DNA of 26,379 nt, taken from the IMG/VR virus record IMGVR_UViG_3300033145_001738, positions 1 through 26,379 of that record; one strand, written 5' to 3'. This document shows, in pieces, positions 21,791 through 26,379 of the stretch. The position numbers and the translations under genes were made by a program. Source of the DNA: a virus. Its lineage: Duplodnaviria; Caudoviricetes. Under the pieces are notes generated by a model. That model made no database searches, was not told the DNA's origin, and was given only the letters and a program-made list of their open reading frames with translations. Numbering within the stretch: position 1 is the first letter of the stretch; every line of letters begins with the position of its first letter.

Positions 21791-24469
21791 TCAATAGGGA
21801 GCGCTATCCGCATCATAGTCCGCATCATAATAACTCTCCATATCAACACCTTCATCCCTGCCCTCAATCTTGTAACATTTTGTTTTGGTATGGGCATTAC
21901 CGGCGGTCTCAACAATTTTAAATTCACCGAAATACCTGCCGTTTAGCCTGCCCAAAGCCCTCCCCAGCCTAATTTTCTGTGAACGTTCGCCCTTGTCTCC
22001 CAGAACCGGCAGCAGTAAATCATTTTCAGTGGCCAGTTGATGAAGGTCGGCCACCGAAACCGATGCTCCTCCATATTTGTCTCCCCAAGCGGCAATAAAT
22101 TCCCGCCACATCGAAGTTTCCTCATCCACCTCCGCATAAATTTCCATTAAATTCTCCAAAAAACCGCCGATCCCGACTACATCGAACAATCCGCCCATGA
22201 CTTTGGTCCAAGACTCAAACATCCCTAGAGTCTGCTTCCCCAGCGGCATCCCTGCACTGATCCAGGCCTGCCCCAGCACCAAACATGCCCACACCAGCAA
22301 TCCGCGATTCCTGTTCGCCCACTCCCTGATATTGGAGTGTTTAAAACCGGACCGCATCCACGGATCGTCGCGTTTGGCGTCCAGTTTAATTTTTACTATG
22401 CGCCGGGCTATTTCGCGGGACATCTTGACGGCATTACCGGTAGCTATCCAACAACACTCTACCGGCAGCTGAATCATCCGTGTTGATCCTAACAATCGGT
22501 CCTCCCATGTTGTCGAAGTAATCGCCGCGGCCAGCTCTCCCGTATCAAGCCTCCGATTGATATTATCTATAATTACAAACTGGCTGCCCGTGGTGAGTTT
22601 GGCTGTGATGCGCTTGCGCCATTCGTCCCCGTCGCGCCCCTCGGCCATAGCTGGTGCCGGCCTGCCCAGCGCCGGAGCAACAATCATATCGGCCAGCAGG
22701 CTCTTGCCGGTACCGCTGCCGCTCTTGGCATCGATTACATGCAACGGTGTGGGCCCGTCAATCATGGCTCGGACAAAAGGTTGCAGCATCGCGGCTAAAG
22801 TGTAAGCTTTGCTGCTTTCATCATCAAAGGGAAAATCCACTAACAGATCACCCAGCAAAAGCTCCTTTGCCCTTTCAATATCGTTCCTGGACGGCTTTTC
22901 CGGCACTTCCGGAATATCGCAGGTCTTGTAGTACCAAGTTTCCGCTTTTTCATGGTATCCGGGCGAAGTAAGCAATGTACCGTCTTTCCCGAATACCGGT
23001 GCCTGAACAATCCGCGTCAGTCGTGGCACCGGTGGAGTTCCCTCGGCCAGCATACCTTTGACGCATTCCGTCACCGGGAAAGCCGATTTTTCATTGTCGT
23101 TTCTGTCCAACCGGTACCAGTAGGCCACCTTGTCCAACACATTTTTCAGCGCAGCTTCGCTCATGATATCCAACATGGGACCGTCTTTTTTATCCAGCTT
23201 CACCCTGGTTAGCGCTCCCGAGCGGACGAACACTAAAGGTTCCTTTTTTTGGCAATACTTATCTAAGGCCTCCCAAGAACGTTTCATCAGCAGGCTTAAA
23301 TCCTGGATGCTTGCGTTGATCGGTATACGGTTATTGTCACCCCTTTTGATGATCGCAGTTTGCTTCTTCTGCTCTGCAAGTGCGCCGGCGGCAATTTTGT
23401 TGACTGCTGCTGAAACCTGCTCTCTGCCGGAGATGATATTCGGGGTGCAGCCGCTGGCCAGGACATCATCTATGCCCTTACCCCATTTTTCCGGCCAGGT
23501 TTCAAGCTCCACGTCAAAGCCTTCCGTCTGCAGAGCTATTGCAGTATTCTGCAATGCCCGCGCTACGTTGTAGTTTTGATGTGCGTCCACATCAAAAGCT
23601 AATAATATTTTCTCCGGGGCCAACTCTTTGAGAACTGGCAGCGCGGGGCGCCATGTTGAAACCCCGGGAATTGATAGTGTCAGGTCGCCGCTTAGCACTG
23701 TTGCGATGTCGGCTTTAAGTTCTCCTTCAGTCAGCCTGACTCTGACAAGATGGGAGCTGCTCTTATGAACAGGCAGGTGCACTGTCGGCATCGGGCTCGG
23801 ACCATCCTGCACTGCTCCCATTCTTCCCGAGCTGGTAATATAAGAATATTTAGGGCCCTTGCCGGGCTTGTCTACCCGGACTTTTAAAGCAACTATCCTG
23901 CTCCGGGCATCACGAAGCGGTACAACCAAACCCGGAGAACCGGCCAGTGTCCAATAGTTTTTTTTTCCTCCCTGCTTCACGAAAAACCCGGGTACCTGTT
24001 TACAGGTACCGACGCCGAATTTATCAATCAGCTTTCTCGCTGTCTTGGACCGTCCAGGGCCGGTAAGCGTCTTGTATTCGCGTAAATTTATTTCATCGTC
24101 AGTAAGACCTCTTTTACGCAGTTTTTCCCTGTGCGCGGCGGAGAGGGCGAGCTCCTGGAGCAGCGCCCGGTAAACCTTATTCAGCGTATCGGGGTTGGCC
24201 GGGGCAAGCACCGGCTGCGTCACTTCCGGACATTCTGTTTCCCGGAGGTTGCTGTCTGCCGCATTGTTTTCTGTGCCGTCCATACGGTACAGCCAGTAAT
24301 CCCCGCCGCTTTTGTCAATCCGGTGCAGGCCCTCGCCGTTATCGATACGCCGGCAGACGGCCCAAACACCGTCAGAACTGACGCTGCACCAATCGGGTTT
24401 GCCGCAGATCCCGCAGGGGTTAAATTTGGTTACTTCACTCCATTTTTTTAACGTGGGTGCGGTCGTCAC
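21791..24469 (-). CDS. Primase-helicase replication protein (Zn-binding + Toprim/DUF3854-like + P-loop NTPase)
   Basis: CGICGKPDWC..C, TEGELKAD, AFDVD, KGIDD, Walker A GSGTGKS, IIDN, ATGN. Confidence 0.88.
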   Translation of the reverse strand: MTTAPTLKKWSEVTKFNPCGICGKPDWCSVSSDGVWAVCRRIDNGEGLHRIDKSGGDYWLYRMDGTENNAADSNLRETECPEVTQPVLAPANPDTLNKVYRALLQELALSAAHREKLRKRGLTDDEINLREYKTLTGPGRSKTARKLIDKFGVGTCKQVPGFFVKQGGKKNYWTLAGSPGLVVPLRDARSRIVALKVRVDKPGKGPKYSYITSSGRMGAVQDGPSPMPTVHLPVHKSSSHLVRVRLTEGELKADIATVLSGDLTLSIPGVSTWRPALPVLKELAPEKILLAFDVDAHQNYNVARALQNTAIALQTEGFDVELETWPEKWGKGIDDVLASGCTPNIISGREQVSAAVNKIAAGALAEQKKQTAIIKRGDNNRIPINASIQDLSLLMKRSWEALDKYCQKKEPLVFVRSGALTRVKLDKKDGPMLDIMSEAALKNVLDKVAYWYRLDRNDNEKSAFPVTECVKGMLAEGTPPVPRLTRIVQAPVFGKDGTLLTSPGYHEKAETWYYKTCDIPEVPEKPSRNDIERAKELLLGDLLVDFPFDDESSKAYTLAAMLQPFVRAMIDGPTPLHVIDAKSGSGTGKSLLADMIVAPALGRPAPAMAEGRDGDEWRKRITAKLTTGSQFVIIDNINRRLDTGELAAAITSTTWEDRLLGSTRMIQLPVECCWIATGNAVKMSREIARRIVKIKLDAKRDDPWMRSGFKHSNIREWANRNRGLLVWACLVLGQAWISAGMPLGKQTLGMFESWTKVMGGLFDVVGIGGFLENLMEIYAEVDEETSMWREFIAAWGDKYGGASVSVADLHQLATENDLLLPVLGDKGERSQKIRLGRALGRLNGRYFGEFKIVETAGNAHTKTKCYKIEGRDEGVDMESYYDADYDADSAPY

Positions 24470-24491
24470 AAAATCTATCCCCCCGTTCCTT

Positions 24492-25154
24492 TCAAATCAC
24501 CATCAAATCATCAGCCTTGTTCAATGCTTCGAATCCACGCTCATCTTCTGCAAACATTTTTTGGACATTTAAAGGAGCCTCGATTATTGTTCCATTAAAA
24601 GCTTTTTTTGCTTCGTGCAATTTTTTTAATCCTGTTTTATCTAGCTGTGAATCAGCCAGCAGCTTTAATTCTTCAAGGGTATAGATCACGGCCTGCTTGG
24701 GTATTCTCGCCTCCGCGGCCGCCCACTTGTCGCGTACAAAATAAACTATTTCGCCGTCTAAGATCTTTATTGCGACTATACCGTTGATTTCCAGTTTTGC
24801 CTGGAACCGCTCATCCTCGTCCGGACTGGAAAGTTCACGGGCCACTTGCACAGCGAACCGGCTGAGCAGGTCCACCAGCTGTTTGTGGTGCGGCTTGAGC
24901 AGTTGGGCGGCTTTTTCTTTATAGGCCGCGGCGTTTTTCCAACACCCGCGGCCTACTTGCGGGCGCAGGCCGTATTTCCCGCCCTTATTGAGTTTTTTAA
25001 GCCGTGTCCCGTTTTTGCGCATGCTTTCAAGCGGTTCGCAAAGAGCCGGAAATTCCCGTGCGGCCAGAGTTAAAAGCCTTATCCAGAGCCCGGAATCTTT
25101 GACCAGGTCCGGCCGCGGGTCGGTGATGTTAGTTAAGCAATCTTGCACAGTCAC
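24492..25154 (-). CDS. Hypothetical replication-linked protein
   Basis: 220 aa, RBS AGGAG, GTG start, directly upstream of the primase-helicase. Confidence 0.8.
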   Translation of the reverse strand: MTVQDCLTNITDPRPDLVKDSGLWIRLLTLAAREFPALCEPLESMRKNGTRLKKLNKGGKYGLRPQVGRGCWKNAAAYKEKAAQLLKPHHKQLVDLLSRFAVQVARELSSPDEDERFQAKLEINGIVAIKILDGEIVYFVRDKWAAAEARIPKQAVIYTLEELKLLADSQLDKTGLKKLHEAKKAFNGTIIEAPLNVQKMFAEDERGFEALNKADDLMVI

Positions 25155-25206
25155 GGCTTACCATCTCCTGCATTGTAATTAAGGCGTAATTTAAAAGTTG
25201 TAAATA

Positions 25207-26031
25207 TCAACAACGCTTGCCATTGATGTCACCTTTCAATTTGATTTTCCGTTTCCGTTCCCCGATCTTGTTGCAGATATCTGCAATAACTATCCCTGTT
25301 TTTGTTAGCTCAACGTCATTTTGAATCAAACCGTTCTGGTTTAGCCTTGCCAACTGCTTTCGGGAAACCAGGATGAGGTTTTTCGGATCAAAATTTCTAT
25401 TATTCCCGTCCCCAAAGATAACTACGTGGCCGGCGGGTACCGGTCCGTTGGCGGCTTCCCAAAGTAATATGTGCTTACCTTTCCAGTTCTTTTGTTTTTT
25501 ACCATCAGCAACTTTTATGTCAACATAGCCGTCCGCGTTTACTCTTTCGGATCCTACCGGCACCCAATTCCATGCTTTATGGCCCTTTTTGAACTGGGCG
25601 GCTTCAGCGATAGGGCCGCCGAGAAAGATTCCCTTCTTGCCCTTGTTAAAAGGAATATGCCCTTTTGGAAAATGACCGGTAATACCGCTGTTTAGCTTGT
25701 GGCGACCATACCAGGCTTCTATTTGTGAATGCGTATAGTTAGTACCAAAAGTTTTATTCAGTAATTCAGCCATTTTTTTCGGCCCAACTCCGTGATAATT
25801 ATTTTTGATGAAGTCTTTGACTTTGTTCGGGTATATCTTGGACGGTCTTCCAACCGGAATGCCGCGCCTACCATTTTTTAGGTTGTGGTTTTTCATAAAC
25901 GACTTCATTTTTGATTCAGTAAAGCCTAAATTAAACTTAGCATTGACCAACGCGACCAGGTCTCTGACAGTAATTCCCCGCACGTTTTCAGTTATAAACG
26001 CCTTCACTTCTTCCGGGTATCGCCTCATCAC
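25207..26031 (-). CDS. HNH-fold protein with duplicated N-terminal helical repeats
   Basis: Two repeats of YP..VK.FI..N..G....L.N..F; FPKGH/FKKGH motifs; HILLWE..NGPVP..HVVIFGDGN..N....NL. Confidence 0.85.
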   Translation of the reverse strand: MMRRYPEEVKAFITENVRGITVRDLVALVNAKFNLGFTESKMKSFMKNHNLKNGRRGIPVGRPSKIYPNKVKDFIKNNYHGVGPKKMAELLNKTFGTNYTHSQIEAWYGRHKLNSGITGHFPKGHIPFNKGKKGIFLGGPIAEAAQFKKGHKAWNWVPVGSERVNADGYVDIKVADGKKQKNWKGKHILLWEAANGPVPAGHVVIFGDGNNRNFDPKNLILVSRKQLARLNQNGLIQNDVELTKTGIVIADICNKIGERKRKIKLKGDINGKRC

Positions 26032-26032
26032 A

Positions 26033-26290
26033 CTACTCCCTCATAAAATCAGCTTTCAACATCGGAGGCATTTTTTTATTGGCCTTATCCCCGCCAATAC
26101 CGTACTCTTCTACGAATGTTTTGGCTTTCAACACTAGTGAGCCATTTGCTATGACCTGGGTTGCAATATCCGATACTGCTTTTGCCCTGGTGATTTCCTC
26201 CTGCAGCTTTTCTCCTGTTAAATCTTCGTCGCCCAGGCGTTCCAATTGGGCAAACAGGTGATTGTTCAGATCGCCCAGGGTGTTTTTCAT
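26033..26290 (-). CDS. Conserved phage hypothetical protein
   Basis: MKNTLGDLNNHLFAQLERL start, a type commonly found upstream of this HNH class; RBS GGGAGGG. Confidence 0.85.
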   Translation of the reverse strand: MKNTLGDLNNHLFAQLERLGDEDLTGEKLQEEITRAKAVSDIATQVIANGSLVLKAKTFVEEYGIGGDKANKKMPPMLKADFMRE

Positions 26291-26305
26291 GGATTATCAG
26301 CCCTC

Positions 26306-26379
26306 CCCTCTCTATATATCGTCCCTCTCTATATATCGTCCCTCTCTATATATCGTCCCTCTCTATATATCGTCCCTCT
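26306..26379. repeat. 17-bp perfect tandem repeat (at least 4.3 copies, truncated by the window end)
   Basis: CCCTCTCTATATATCGT at 26306, 26323, 26340 and 26357, partial at 26374. Confidence 0.95.

Larger units (their letters stand above)
213..26379 (-). mobile_element. Siphovirus-type prophage (lysis, tail, head, packaging and replication modules), probably integrated at the tRNA-Leu 3' end; continues past the right edge
   Basis: Co-oriented terminase, portal, Clp protease, HK97 capsid, tail, tape measure, amidase and holin genes; tRNA at the boundary; exact att core not definable without the other end. Confidence 0.93.

Noticed and set aside
4153-26261. Many plus-strand ORFs in the track (e.g. 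7703-8332, 8600-9115, 9592-10188, 19626-20120, 23130-23573)
   Set aside because: Antisense shadows of well-supported minus-strand phage genes, with no recognisable motifs
26306-26379. CRISPR array
   Set aside because: Head-to-tail repeats with no spacers

Overview
The window is almost entirely one temperate siphophage (HK97-type head, phi13-type tail) of a Firmicute, most likely a clostridial host, read on the minus strand and abutting a tRNA-Leu(TAG) that is the probable integration site. From right to left it holds an early/replication block (HNH-fold protein, primase-helicase, an iteron-rich origin, VRR-NUC nuclease, nucleoside deoxyribosyltransferase-like protein, RinA/ArpU-type late regulator), then packaging (HNH, cos region, TerS/TerL), head, tail and lysis genes. 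The integrase and immunity module are not in the window. The least explained part is 217-1050, between the lysis cassette and the tRNA: an operator-containing promoter, a terminator/antiterminator leader, a ~235-nt heavily base-paired non-coding element with a pseudoknot, and a LexA-box-controlled XRE gene. Also notable are a duplicated late-promoter/terminator/sigma-H cassette, two genes whose best start codon is ATA, a -1 frameshift in the tail chaperone, and low-GC tail-tip cassettes. All calls come from reading the sequence and motifs by eye; no searches were run.
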